From a virus, in IMG/VR virus record IMGVR_UViG_3300029258_001308, positions 1-64,000 of that record: 64,000 nt of DNA; one strand, 5' to 3'. A program made the position numbers and the translations under genes. This document shows, piece by piece, positions 1-9,557 of the stretch; the stretch's first letter is position 1, and each line of letters begins with the position of its first letter. The notes beneath the pieces are model-generated. The model was not told the origin of the DNA and made no database searches. It saw only the letters and a list, made by a program, of their open reading frames with translations.

Positions 1-1430
1 CATCGCGTAGGCGCTCACGAACCCCTGGAAGATGCAGTCGGTGACCTCGGAATTGATCGAGGAGAGCATGAGCGCCACGCCCGTGCCCCTGCCCTCGAAT
101 GTACAGTTTCGCCAGACGCAGATCGTTCCGTTGTGCAGATAGTTTGACCCTGGCCAGTAGGCCACGTGGTCTACATTTGTGAAGCGGCAGGTATCTACAG
201 ACAAAGCCGCGTCATAGTTGTACGTGATCCCGCGGGCTCCAGAACCGTTGGGAGTATCGAAGGTACAGCGTTCGATCCTGTTCATCCGCGTACTGACCAG
301 ACTCAGGCAACCTGCTCCGCTCATCGCATCGTCAAAGGCGCAGTCGTGGATCCAAGTATGCCAAGCATACGCCAGCTTCACCTGTTCGGCAGGGCCGCCC
401 GAGAAATGGAGATCATCCAGCTCGACAACGTCATTAACCCCGCTCCACGTCTTCAGGAGCGTGGCGCTCGCGCTGCCCGTGACCTTGAGGTGACGCAGCA
501 CGAAGCCGTCGCAGTTGATGTAGAGCCCGTTGGTTCCGCCGGCCGCAGCGAGAATCATGTCGTCGCGGTCGTCATCGGGATCGCCCTCGATGACGAGCTG
601 GTAGCACTTGCCGGCGGCGGGGTTCAGGGAGGCGTTCGGGGTGATGTCGTTCTCGGTGTGGGTGCCCGCGAAGATGCGGATGTACTGCGAGGCGGCGAAC
701 TCCGTGGAGCCCTGGTCGGTCCAGAGCTGATCCAAGGCGCCCTGGACCGTGGTCCAGGCGTCGTAGATGTCGAGGTCGTCGGTGTCGAGCCAGTTGGCGA
801 GGCTGCCCTCGAGGGTGACTGTGGTGTTGTCGTGGCTGACGATTGCCCGCGTCTCGGCGCGCGTGGCGTTCGTGACGTAGCCGCCCTTGAAGGCGTCGGC
901 CGTGCCGAGGCCGCCGGTGGTGAGCGTGACCACCTGCCCGGCCGGGGCTCCAGACTGAGTGTCGTTGTTGTGAGTCGGGGCGGCCTTGACAGCGTAGTAG
1001 CCGGTGCCGGTGTGGGCGATGTTGACCGGCAGCGCCTTCTTCAGCAGCCGCATTCGGAGAGAGGCCATCTCGATCTTGAAGCGCGCGGCCTCTGCCGCCT
1101 CCTCGTTCGGCTGCTCGGTCGGGTCGAGCTCCAGGTCGGCGAGGGTGGTGGTGCCTTCGAGCGAGGGCCAGAGCGCGCCCCACTCGTCTTCGTCGGTGAC
1201 CGGGACCAGCGCGCCCCGCTCCACCTTGACCCGGCGCTTTCGGACGAGCTGGAGCATGGCCGCACTGAGGGCGAACCGCTTGCAGCGCCAGAAGCCCCGG
1301 CGATGAGCTGCGCCCGGTCGGGGGCCTCCAGGACGCGCGTCTCGCCGTCCTCGCCGACCTGCCACGAGGGCGCGGACTGGTAGGTGACGTAGACGTTTGT
1401 CTTCTCGATGGGTTCGGCTACTATCGGCAT
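1..1430 (-). CDS. Putative virion protein with right-handed beta-helix repeats (partial, runs off window; apparent frameshift near 1295-1298)
   Basis: AGGAG RBS before ATG at 1430. The coding-like frame switches at a GGGG run (~1297) into a frame open to position 1, which has pectin-lyase-like repeats (HDCAFD, ERCTFD, DTCRFTN, RNCTFEG, TDCIFQG). Confidence 0.6.
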
Positions 1431-1494
1431 CTACAAACTCCTGTCCTCGAAGTCAGTCAGCTCGACCACGGTCTGCCCCGGAGCCGCGAGGCCC

Positions 1495-1749
1495 TCAGCG
1501 ATCTTGCTTCGAGTAGTCCTTGACAACGGTCGGCACCCCGGTCTCGGGGTCCGGCTCGCCGAGATGCTGACCTGATTCGTACATCTCCCTCAGGTCCAGA
1601 TCGTCGGCGATGTCGTTGAGACGCACCGGCACGAAGGTCGGCGGTCTCTCCCGTCGCCCCCAGTTGTGCGAGACCGGCCGCTGGTCAATGACCTCGCCTC
1701 GCCTATCGCCCTCTCTTGCGAGGACAAGAAGCTTCACGTCTTTCGCCAT
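1495..1749 (-). CDS. Hypothetical protein (may continue in another frame to TAG at 1431-1433)
   Basis: ORF with GC3-rich codons, tightly coupled to the upstream gene. Confidence 0.6.
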   Translation of the reverse strand: MAKDVKLLVLAREGDRRGEVIDQRPVSHNWGRRERPPTFVPVRLNDIADDLDLREMYESGQHLGEPDPETGVPTVVKDYSKQDR

Positions 1750-1751
1750 GA

Positions 1752-2138
1752 CTACGGTCCTCCGTTGTCAGGTAGCGCCCGGAGTATCTCGTCTAGCTTC
1801 TCGTCTTGAGTCTGCTGGACGGTGCGGATACTGTCGACGTCCTTCTCGATGTCAGAGACGTCATCGCTCACGCCATTGATCGAGCCCTTGATCTCGATCA
1901 CGGCCTTCTCGTTCCCGGTGATGCGTTCGTCCTGGCGTGACTGCTGAGAGTGGAACCAGATCATCACAGCCGCCGTAGTAGCGATCGCGAAGAACAGCCA
2001 TCCCGCTATCTTGACCAGGGTGTCAGCCGTGAACCCGTTGCGTCGAGGCGACTCGACTATGGACGAGCTCACCGGCTCATGAGCCATGGCTGGAGTTACG
2101 TCCCCTGCCATGTCAGCGGTAGTATCCAGGTCGGGCAT
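1752..2138 (-). CDS. Membrane protein, holin/XhlA-like (one TM helix plus coiled coil)
   Basis: Hydrophobic segment IAGWLFFAIATTAAVMIWF followed by a heptad-like stretch. Confidence 0.5.
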   Translation of the reverse strand: MPDLDTTADMAGDVTPAMAHEPVSSSIVESPRRNGFTADTLVKIAGWLFFAIATTAAVMIWFHSQQSRQDERITGNEKAVIEIKGSINGVSDDVSDIEKDVDSIRTVQQTQDEKLDEILRALPDNGGP

Positions 2139-2141
2139 CGA

Positions 2142-2447
2142 TTAGAGCTCGAGCCTGACCGTCGGCGTACCCGCAGCTGCGATCAGGGTGAGGACCCGAA
2201 CGCCGCTCTCACCGGGCTTCCGGTTCTCGTAGACGTAGTCCTCTCCCTCATCGGCCGACGGATACTTGTCCGCATCGGCCACGACCTCGCGATCCTTCGA
2301 GATGAAGACCTCGCCACCCGAGCTCGCGGGGTTCTTGATCCGGAAGAAATCCACCGGTCTCCCGAGGTCCACTACCTGTGGAGAAGTCGAGAGCGCGATG
2401 TCTCGGCCGTTCCACCCGTCGTCTCTTGCCAGCACTATATCAGCCAA
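2142..2447 (-). CDS. Hypothetical protein
   Basis: AAGGAGG RBS upstream of a TTG start; beta-rich small ORF. Confidence 0.65.
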   Translation of the reverse strand: MADIVLARDDGWNGRDIALSTSPQVVDLGRPVDFFRIKNPASSGGEVFISKDREVVADADKYPSADEGEDYVYENRKPGESGVRVLTLIAAAGTPTVRLEL

Positions 2448-2539
2448 GGGTTACCTCCTTCTATCATCAGCCCAGCTCTGATACATCAGCGACGTCTCGG
2501 ACTTACAGGTCCCTGGTCGGTCCCCGGCCGCTTCCCCAG

Positions 2540-2818
2540 TTAGGTCTCGGCTGGAGGCACGTACTCGTTCGGCTCCTCGTCGGGCCTTCTCCAGTAGTTG
2601 CCGTGAACCTTGGCGGACTCCTTGTGCATGATAGAAGTCAGTCTCTCGATCTGCCTACCGTACTCATCGGTGCTACCCTCGTTCGGGTCCACGATGACTA
2701 GGTTGATGCAGTGAGTGCAGCCTCCATGTACACAAGTCACCAACGCGTTCTGCGGCTTGCCCTTCGAGTCGTGGAACACTACGTGCTCGCCAACTCTGAC
2801 CTTCCTGTCGTCGCCCAT
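2540..2818 (-). CDS. Hypothetical protein
   Basis: GGAGGTG RBS; clean ORF. Confidence 0.7.
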   Translation of the reverse strand: MGDDRKVRVGEHVVFHDSKGKPQNALVTCVHGGCTHCINLVIVDPNEGSTDEYGRQIERLTSIMHKESAKVHGNYWRRPDEEPNEYVPPAET

Positions 2819-2859
2819 GTATCATCACCTCCCTTCGGGCTTAGACCTTGTCTCGTACT

Positions 2860-3309
2860 CTACTTCGCCCCGAGCTCGAGGATGAAGTGATCCTCGGCTC
2901 CCTCTGTCTCGTTGAGTTCCACGCCGGGGAAGACCGCGTACTCGGCCTGCCAGCGGGTCTTCGCCGAGACGTAGGCGCGGACGGTCGTGGCTGTGACCCC
3001 GTCATCGTCCACGCACTCCGTGTCAGGACCGACATGCTGCCGGGCCACCCCGATGACCTTGTCGTCGAGATGGAGGATCAGGCAGCGATCGTCCGCGTGG
3101 AGTATCTGCTTGTTCTCGTACTCCTCGGCCAGGAGACGGCAGCCCACGCATCCCGGGAGACTGGGGCCCGTGGGAGCAGCCGCCAGCTCGGCATCCGTGG
3201 TCACGTCTTTCCTCGCCACCGACTTCTTCTCCTTCTTGGTGGCCTTCTTCTTCCCGGTCTTCTTTTTCTTGCTACTCTTCTTCGCCGGGGCCTTCTTTTT
3301 CTTGGCCAT
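2860..3309 (-). CDS. Hypothetical protein with Lys-rich N-terminus
   Basis: GAGGAGG RBS; starts MAKKKKAPAKKSSKKKK; contains CxxC. Confidence 0.7.
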   Translation of the reverse strand: MAKKKKAPAKKSSKKKKTGKKKATKKEKKSVARKDVTTDAELAAAPTGPSLPGCVGCRLLAEEYENKQILHADDRCLILHLDDKVIGVARQHVGPDTECVDDDGVTATTVRAYVSAKTRWQAEYAVFPGVELNETEGAEDHFILELGAK

Positions 3310-3477
3310 CGGACTTCCTCCTCTCAACTTGGAACTGACAGCCAATGATCTTGGCCGCCAGCCACATGAACCAGACCCCGAGTCTCAGCCGGAGTCGAAG
3401 CTTCCACAAAGAACGAAAGACGAAGGGAACAATGACCGTAATCTTGGCCTCTGTAGTTCGTCTTCCATTCATCAGTC

Positions 3478-4893
3478 TCATACCGAGAACACTTCCAGGT
3501 CTATTTCCTCGTCCTCGGGAGACGCGTTCTCGTCCACGGCGAAGGTCAAAGCCAGCGCGTCTCCTCGGTCTGGCGACCTGCCGAGCTTCTCCTTGATGTC
3601 CTCTTTCTTCTCGATCTTGATCTGGCCGCGAGAGGTGTGACCGTACTCGGTGACGATGAGATCAGCGATCAGTCTCTCGTCGTCCGGGATGGCAATGCCG
3701 ATCCCCTCTGGACCGAAAGCCTCTCGGCATCTCCAGTAACACTCGGCTCTCTTGTTCAGGAACTCGCCTGGGTCGTCGGCTGCTTCACCGAAGTTCACGG
3801 GCACGATATCGAAGCCGTGTTCACGGAGGCCATCAGAGACACCGTGTCCGATGCCTATGTCGTCGATGAATACGAATCTAGGGTTAGCGCCCGTCTCTTC
3901 TATGAGGCGCTTGGTACGGCCGACTGTTTCGGTAGTAGTCAGCTGGCGGGAGTTGTACGTCACTCCTATGAGTTCCTCGACTAGGCGGCCACGCCTGACG
4001 CACCACGTTGTCTCGTCACCGGAGAACTTGGCGACGTCAACCCCGATGCGAACTTCGTTGGTGGGGTTCTGGGACTCGTATCTCTCGATGGCATCCTTGA
4101 TCCACCCTCGAGGAACAAGGCCGAACTCGGAGATGTTGGGGAACTCGCCCATGACTCGAGACATGAAGAGCGGAGACGTCGCGCCCCACGCTGCCTTCTT
4201 CTCGTCGCACCACTCCTTAGTGGCGAGAGCCATGTTACCTGACTCCGCGGCTTCGTAGGAGGAGATCGCGATCTTCTGCCAGAGGGGAGAGTTGAAGCAG
4301 TCGTGAAACTGACCGACGGGGGCGAGAGGATTGCCGATGGCAACCCACCGAGTGTGCGGACCTGACATGGAACCTTCGGCCGCTTCCCAGATCTTCCTCT
4401 CGACACCGAAGGCCTCGTCGAACACGAACAAGACGTGCTCCTGGTGCACGCCCTGGAAGTTCACGGCCTTGTTGGTAGAGACGCCGATCGCGTACCACCC
4501 GGGCTTGACGTGGAGCCGAGTGGTAAGGAGTTCACCCCCGAGATAGACGTTATGGTCCTGAGCCTTGTCGTAGGCGATGGCTATCTCGTCCCAGAGAATG
4601 TCTCGGACCTGCCGGAGGGTTGGCGCGGTCGTGACGATCTTGGACGGCCGGAATGAGAATAGGAACCATAGCACTAAGCGCGCGACGGTCCAAGACTTCC
4701 CTACTTTATGGCCGGAGCGTACGGCGACCCGGGGGTGGTCGCGTACCGCGTTCATCACTTCGACTTGACGAGGCCATGGCTTCTCGCCAAGGACTTGCTC
4801 ACACCACCAGGCGGGGTTCTTTTGGAACCGGAGGAAGAGACGAGCTAGCTTCTGCTCGTCAGTCTCAGGTCTTGTCTTCGTCGCCGTCAGCAT
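3478..4893 (-). CDS. terL: Terminase large subunit
   Basis: Walker A (SGHKVGKS), Walker B (FVFDEA), coupling motif IGNP, nuclease motifs IGVDVA...D and SPDRGDALAL. Confidence 0.95.
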   Translation of the reverse strand: MLTATKTRPETDEQKLARLFLRFQKNPAWWCEQVLGEKPWPRQVEVMNAVRDHPRVAVRSGHKVGKSWTVARLVLWFLFSFRPSKIVTTAPTLRQVRDILWDEIAIAYDKAQDHNVYLGGELLTTRLHVKPGWYAIGVSTNKAVNFQGVHQEHVLFVFDEAFGVERKIWEAAEGSMSGPHTRWVAIGNPLAPVGQFHDCFNSPLWQKIAISSYEAAESGNMALATKEWCDEKKAAWGATSPLFMSRVMGEFPNISEFGLVPRGWIKDAIERYESQNPTNEVRIGVDVAKFSGDETTWCVRRGRLVEELIGVTYNSRQLTTTETVGRTKRLIEETGANPRFVFIDDIGIGHGVSDGLREHGFDIVPVNFGEAADDPGEFLNKRAECYWRCREAFGPEGIGIAIPDDERLIADLIVTEYGHTSRGQIKIEKKEDIKEKLGRSPDRGDALALTFAVDENASPEDEEIDLEVFSV

Positions 4894-5488
4894 CGGCCGA
4901 CTTGTCCGCCATCTCGAGTAGACTAGCGAGTGTTACCTCGCCCGAGTGCTCGACCTTAGTCGGCTGTCCAACGTTCTGGGCCTTGATGAGGTTTGCCTGC
5001 ATTCCCCCAAGGGCCTTCATCACGTTATCGAGTCGACCGTCGAACATGAGGAGCAGCTCCTTGAGATCGGCTGTTTCGAACTCTACCTCAGCCTTCTCCA
5101 GAATCTTGTTGACGAAGTTGGAGAACTTCCGGGTGAGCTGGAGCACGGTGTACGACGCAATCTCGAGGTCCACGTTGGGCCCCCTGATCTCCTCGAGGAG
5201 GATGTCGTCCACGCGCTTACGGTTGGCCCAGTTCAGGTCCTTTCGCCACTCGCCGATGGTAGCAGCAGCGACACCGATCAGCTCACCGACCTCCTGATCC
5301 GTCTTGCCCCTCTTGAACAAACGATAGGCACCTTCCCGAACCTCGGGAGGGTACCCCCTCTGACCATGTGGCTTGTTCTCAGGCGCAGCCTTCTTGCGCT
5401 TGGGCTTCTTGACCGAGAGCTTCTTGCTCTTGGTCTTCGCCTTGCGCTTGGGCTTCGCCTTCTTGGGTTTGTTCTTACTCTTCGCCAT
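4865..5488 (-). CDS. terS: Terminase small subunit (HTH) with Lys-rich N-terminus
   Basis: Directly upstream of terL; HTH (DQEVGELIGVAAATIGEW); C-terminal KVEHSGEV motif typical of TerS. Confidence 0.8.
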   Translation of the reverse strand: MAKSKNKPKKAKPKRKAKTKSKKLSVKKPKRKKAAPENKPHGQRGYPPEVREGAYRLFKRGKTDQEVGELIGVAAATIGEWRKDLNWANRKRVDDILLEEIRGPNVDLEIASYTVLQLTRKFSNFVNKILEKAEVEFETADLKELLLMFDGRLDNVMKALGGMQANLIKAQNVGQPTKVEHSGEVTLASLLEMADKSADADGDEDKT

Positions 5489-5510
5489 AGCTGCGTCTTC
5501 CAAGCCCCTA

Positions 5511-5539
5511 ATTATATAAGGGGAACGCAGGTTTGTCCA
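5511..5539 (-). promoter_or_regulatory. Sigma70-like promoter TGGACA-N17-TATAAT upstream of terS
   Basis: Direct reading of the minus strand; the same consensus occurs at several other sites. Confidence 0.75.
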
Positions 5540-5577
5540 CAACTTTTATATGCACGGTTTTCGCGGCGAGCTGCGTT

Positions 5578-6459
5578 CTACGAAGGCCTTACGATGTCGC
5601 CCGTGGGACACAGAAACGCCTGGAGCTGGTCAGTCTGGTACCCGGCTGCTCCCTTGTGACCACCCCCGCCGTTGTCCTTGGCGATGAGAGACACGTCGAC
5701 ACTGGCCGAGTACAGCGAGATGGTCCACTGCTTGCCGTCCCAGTAGAAGGGGCAGAGAATGTCGTAGCCTTCCCGCAGAGCCCCGGTCAACGATCCTGGG
5801 CCCCCGAATCCTTCCGATCCGCAGAAGGCCAGGTTCATGGCCAGGACCTTGTAACCCGCGAGCTCGGTCTCGAACGCGATCTTCCTGTAGTTCTCGAAGT
5901 ACTTGGTCCTGTAGCCCACGATCGTGCGTCCCATCTCGAGCACGGTCGAGACCATGGAAGAGTCCGTCCACCCGATGAGCTCGTCCCATATCCGCGCCTC
6001 AGGAGCGTGCTCCCACATCTCGAGGCCGGCATGGAAGAAGGCGGACTCGTCCCCATGCTTCCACGTCCAGGTGTCCCGGTCCGAGATCAGAGCCAAGGCT
6101 CGCGGGACCTCCAGCGTCTTCTCGAAGAAGCGGTAGGCCAAGACGCAGCCAGCGTCCCCGTCGCTAGCACGGATGCCGTCCAGCTTCTCCCAGGGAGTCC
6201 CGATGGCCCGGTCGTACGAGGTCTTGTGATGGTCGATCCAGATGATGTCCTTCGTTCTCTTCATCAGAGCGATACGATCATCGTCCTTCTGAAACGAGAA
6301 GTCCACGATGAACACCTTCTCACCCAGAGCCACCTGGTGATGAGGGACCGGGTCAGCATATCGCATCGGGATGCACTTGATGTCCTCGCTCCCCGAGAAC
6401 CTCCGCACCACGGCAGCAGCAGCTCGACCATCCTGGTCATCGTGATAGAAGCAGATCAT
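5578..6459 (-). CDS. DHH/DHHA1 family phosphoesterase
   Basis: HxDxDG, VDFS, IDHH and GGGGHKGAAG motifs. Confidence 0.9.
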   Translation of the reverse strand: MICFYHDDQDGRAAAAVVRRFSGSEDIKCIPMRYADPVPHHQVALGEKVFIVDFSFQKDDDRIALMKRTKDIIWIDHHKTSYDRAIGTPWEKLDGIRASDGDAGCVLAYRFFEKTLEVPRALALISDRDTWTWKHGDESAFFHAGLEMWEHAPEARIWDELIGWTDSSMVSTVLEMGRTIVGYRTKYFENYRKIAFETELAGYKVLAMNLAFCGSEGFGGPGSLTGALREGYDILCPFYWDGKQWTISLYSASVDVSLIAKDNGGGGHKGAAGYQTDQLQAFLCPTGDIVRPS

Positions 6460-6463
6460 TGGA

Positions 6464-7147
6464 TCACCCTCCTGGTCTCTGAGACCACAAGTACTCCCCG
6501 ATCCCACCCTTCCATCTGTCTTCTAACGGGGGCAGGACTTCTTCGAAAGAAACCGAGCGAGCCTTGAGCTCCTCGGGATTATCCCAGACGAACTGGATAT
6601 AGAACTGCTCGGCACACGAGGCTTCTCTGACCCAGTAGTCCTGACGGATCAAGGTCTCGTCCATGGCCCACGCCAGGTACCCGACAAAGTCCTCGAGCAT
6701 GGTGAGAGGATGGCCGGAGACCCGGGGTGAGAAGCCGATCTCGGTAGGACCCAGCTCGAAGCATCGCCACAGATGGTCCGAGTGCGGTTCGAAGAGTTCG
6801 TGGATCGCGGCAGGGACGTCGATGTATCCTGCTTTCCCGACACGAGCCATCTCGTTCACGACGGCTACAGGGTCCTGACAGTGATTCAAGGTCTCGGAGC
6901 AGAAGACGAAGTCGAAGTGCTGATCAGGGAAGGGCATCGCCTCTCCGCGACCCTCAACGATCTTTACGCCAGGAAGCCTGATGAACGGACGGCCTCCTCT
7001 CTGCATCATGCCCTCGGGACTCTCGTTGATGTAAGGATCGAGGACATGTGTGGCCAGCTTGAAAGGATCACCCCCTCCCCCGACATCGAGTATCCTCCCA
7101 CGACCAGGAACAAGTGGGGCGCAGAGAGTGTAGGCATTGGGTCGCAC
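6464..7147 (-). CDS. Class I SAM-dependent methyltransferase
   Basis: ILDVGGG motif I; MPFPDQHFDFVFC; EMARV. Confidence 0.85.
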   Translation of the reverse strand: MRPNAYTLCAPLVPGRGRILDVGGGGDPFKLATHVLDPYINESPEGMMQRGGRPFIRLPGVKIVEGRGEAMPFPDQHFDFVFCSETLNHCQDPVAVVNEMARVGKAGYIDVPAAIHELFEPHSDHLWRCFELGPTEIGFSPRVSGHPLTMLEDFVGYLAWAMDETLIRQDYWVREASCAEQFYIQFVWDNPEELKARSVSFEEVLPPLEDRWKGGIGEYLWSQRPGG

Positions 7148-7150
7148 AGA

Positions 7151-7663
7151 TCACATCCTTTCCACATGGACCTCGATAGAGTTCGACACGTTCGGCCTCA
7201 CCACCAGTCTCCCCTCAAGCGACCTGATCTGCAGGCCCTTCTTGTCGGGAGAGAGCGAGACCTCGATACAGTTCGAGGCAAACTTCTTCCGCTTGCCGAG
7301 AGGCTCCCCGATATGGAAGTGGATGGTGGGGTTCTTGGGAAGCAGGGCCACGGTCTTCCAGTCTGGAGTCACGACCCTCGCTACTCGGATCGTATTGGGC
7401 GGGACCTTCCTCGATACTTTCTTGGGGCGTCGTATCCTAAGCTTCTTCTTCTGCTTCCCCGCCATGGTCCGCCTCCCTCCGGTCCCAGGGTCAATACCCA
7501 GGGCACGCAGCTTCCTACGAAGCCCACGAGTCGCTTCCCTCTCCTCGTAGTATCCACAGCCCTCCTCCTTGCACAGATCGTTCCCGGTCTGCTTGTACGG
7601 ACAAGACTTCGGCTCCGAGTATACGAGCCACCGCCTGGAGTTGGTGCAGAAGGGGTGCTTCAC
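7151..7663 (-). CDS. Hypothetical protein(s); Cys-rich N-part in frame with a second start at 7465
   Basis: GTG at 7663 and an internal GGAGG-preceded ATG at 7465 in the same frame. Confidence 0.5.
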   Translation of the reverse strand: MKHPFCTNSRRWLVYSEPKSCPYKQTGNDLCKEEGCGYYEEREATRGLRRKLRALGIDPGTGGRRTMAGKQKKKLRIRRPKKVSRKVPPNTIRVARVVTPDWKTVALLPKNPTIHFHIGEPLGKRKKFASNCIEVSLSPDKKGLQIRSLEGRLVVRPNVSNSIEVHVERM

Positions 7664-8019
7664 CTCCCCGTTCTCCTGTGCATCTCCTTCAGCTTCTCCT
7701 CGGCCCACTCCCTGATCCGACATGACTCGCAGGTCTGACGCTCGAGATCATGGAAACAGTCGACCTGGGATATCCCCAGCCTGATCCAGTCGCACCTCAG
7801 GGTCGTGAACTCGAAGAGACAGTGCTCAGGAACCTTGGTCCTCCCGTCCCTGTCCAGCTTCATGTAGTCGAGGGCTACGCCTCGTTTCCTAGACGCCGCT
7901 GTCGCTTCCTCCATCTTCTTGTTCTGGGTGCTTCTGATCCTCCAGCTCAGGACCAGGCCCAGCAGCACTCCCGCTGCTATCGCCCCCAGCAGAATGTACA
8001 TCACCGTGTTCGGGTCCAT
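7660..8019 (-). CDS. Membrane-anchored hypothetical protein
   Basis: AAGGAG RBS; N-terminal TM helix YILLGAIAAGVLLGLVL. Confidence 0.65.
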   Translation of the reverse strand: MDPNTVMYILLGAIAAGVLLGLVLSWRIRSTQNKKMEEATAASRKRGVALDYMKLDRDGRTKVPEHCLFEFTTLRCDWIRLGISQVDCFHDLERQTCESCRIREWAEEKLKEMHRRTGR

Positions 8020-8497
8020 CGGGCTTCTCCTTTCTAGATGGCTCGGCCACCTCATCGGGATTATTTCTAGATGGGTCGTCCCCCTCATCTAGCTTTTTCC
8101 TAGATGGGTGCCGGACCCCATCTAGAACCTGCTTCTTGCTGAGCTTCCTGGGCTGAGGCAGCTCGACCCCCGACATGGCCGTGATAGCTGCGAGAGCAGC
8201 AGCAGCCCTCGGGCTAAGTGGCTTCTCGGCCCGCTCCTTGGCTGCTGCTTCCTTCAAGGACTTCTCAGCCTCGAGCTTGGCCTTCAGCTTGGGGCCGCAG
8301 CAGTGCTTCCACTTCTTGCCTGAACCGCACCCGCACCGTTCATTCGGTCGGGGCTTCCCCCGGCTCCTCATCGTCCCCGTGTAGGTGAACTCCTTCAGAC
8401 CCGCTTCCCGCATCTGTCTCTGCATCCTGATCTTCCGGAGGCGCTTCTCCTTCGGCTTCTTCTTGGGCTTCCTCGGCTTCTTCGCTTTCTTCTCCAT
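7889..8497 (-). CDS. SEC-C motif (Zn-binding) protein
   Basis: RPNERCGCGSGKKWKHCC matches the SEC-C motif. Confidence 0.75.
   Translation of the reverse strand: MEKKAKKPRKPKKKPKEKRLRKIRMQRQMREAGLKEFTYTGTMRSRGKPRPNERCGCGSGKKWKHCCGPKLKAKLEAEKSLKEAAAKERAEKPLSPRAAAALAAITAMSGVELPQPRKLSKKQVLDGVRHPSRKKLDEGDDPSRNNPDEVAEPSRKEKPDGPEHGDVHSAGGDSSGSAAGPGPELEDQKHPEQEDGGSDSGV
8034..8125. repeat. Three 33-bp tandem units, each CTAGATG-N12-CATCTAG (first right arm degenerate)
   Basis: CTAGATG at 8034, 8067 and 8100; CATCTAG at 8086 and 8119; CATCGGG at 8053. Confidence 0.85.
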
Positions 8498-8729
8498 CCG
8501 CCCTCTCCCTTGCCGCTTCGACCTCAGCGTGCCTGGCCGCAGCTCTCTTCTTCTGCTCCACGACCTGAGCCACCAGGATGGCCTCGCTCCTGCTTATGTT
8601 CCTGACCAGGACCAGGCTCATGTCCGAGACCAGGCGGTTCAGCTCCAGCCACGCCGGCCTCAGGTTGTCATCGAAGTCCTTGTCCAGCGCATCCGCCACC
8701 TTCCTCAGCGTGTCACTGTACTTCTCCAT
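8340..8729 (-). CDS. Hypothetical protein
   Basis: AAGGAG RBS; helical ORF. Confidence 0.6.
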   Translation of the reverse strand: MEKYSDTLRKVADALDKDFDDNLRPAWLELNRLVSDMSLVLVRNISRSEAILVAQVVEQKKRAAARHAEVEAARERADGEESEEAEEAQEEAEGEAPPEDQDAETDAGSGSEGVHLHGDDEEPGEAPTE

Positions 8730-8751
8730 CGTCTCTTCTCCTTATGACTTC

Positions 8752-9267
8752 CTAGCTCTCGGTATGTATGGACGGGGGTGACCGCGGTGGGACTCGATGC
8801 CCGCCTCGTTCTTTCTCACCACGCCCTTCTTCTTGGCCTTCTTTTTCCTGGCCTTCCGCTTGTGGCTCTTCATCGTTCACCTCTTCGTTGATTGGGGGCC
8901 AACACTTGTCCAGCTTCCTCGCCATCTCGTAGCTTGAGGCCACGAACAGCTCTCGACCGTCGCCCAAGATTATAGACCCCGGGCGACGCCCGTGTCCACA
9001 ACAAGATGCAATGGTGGCTACGCCTCCTTCGTTCAAGGCCAGCACGATCCCAGCGATACAAGCGTCAACCCCCACCCACTTGAGCCGAGCCTTCCCGGTG
9101 TGCGAGAGATGAGCGGGAACAGTGAGCTCGAGCACGGCTCTAGCGAACCCGCACTCGCGACAGGGACGAGGTCGATCCACGCGGACGCTGTGGCGACTGT
9201 CGTCGTAGACCCAGTGTCCCCCGATGTAACTGATCGGGTGTCCGTTCGCCTCGCTGTGTGCGGTCAT
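8752..9267 (-). CDS. Hypothetical protein with D..I...V..LN..G..T..SCCGH motif
   Basis: VDACIAGIVLALNEGGVATIASCCGHG, a motif seen in phage hypotheticals and reminiscent of the TYW3-like N-terminus. Confidence 0.6.
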   Translation of the reverse strand: MTAHSEANGHPISYIGGHWVYDDSRHSVRVDRPRPCRECGFARAVLELTVPAHLSHTGKARLKWVGVDACIAGIVLALNEGGVATIASCCGHGRRPGSIILGDGRELFVASSYEMARKLDKCWPPINEEVNDEEPQAEGQEKEGQEEGRGEKERGGHRVPPRSPPSIHTES

Positions 9268-9269
9268 GG

Positions 9270-9557
9270 CTACAACCCCGTGGCAGTGATCACGTCGTGA
9301 AGAAGAGAAGCAGCTAGGTCGGGGTCATCACCGCAGTAACCCAGAACCTGCCGCAGAATCAGGAACCCGTTTACCAGGTCCGCATCCGCCGTGTCAGGAA
9401 GCGTCACCCCCCTGGCCTCGAAGCATTCACGTATCCTCTTGACCTGGACCTTGATCTGCTCCAAGCACGGGGGGCAGAACAGCCGGCCCTTGTACCTGAA
9501 GAAGTTCACGACCGTGTCACCACGTCTGAAGCATGTACTCCAGGCCCCGATGCTCAT
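9270..9557 (-). CDS. Hypothetical protein
   Basis: Overlap-coupled ORF in an operon. Confidence 0.55.
   Translation of the reverse strand: MSIGAWSTCFRRGDTVVNFFRYKGRLFCPPCLEQIKVQVKRIRECFEARGVTLPDTADADLVNGFLILRQVLGYCGDDPDLAASLLHDVITATGL

Noticed and set aside
166-1383. 405-aa plus-strand ORF
   Set aside because: It is the antisense shadow of the minus-strand beta-helix gene. Most other long opposite-strand ORFs in the track are similar GC-rich shadows.
8034-8125. Possible mini CRISPR array
   Set aside because: The variable cores are only 12 nt and the conserved arms 7 nt; there is no repeat-spacer geometry and no cas operon. The Cas4-like nuclease at 24163 is in a standard phage recombination context.
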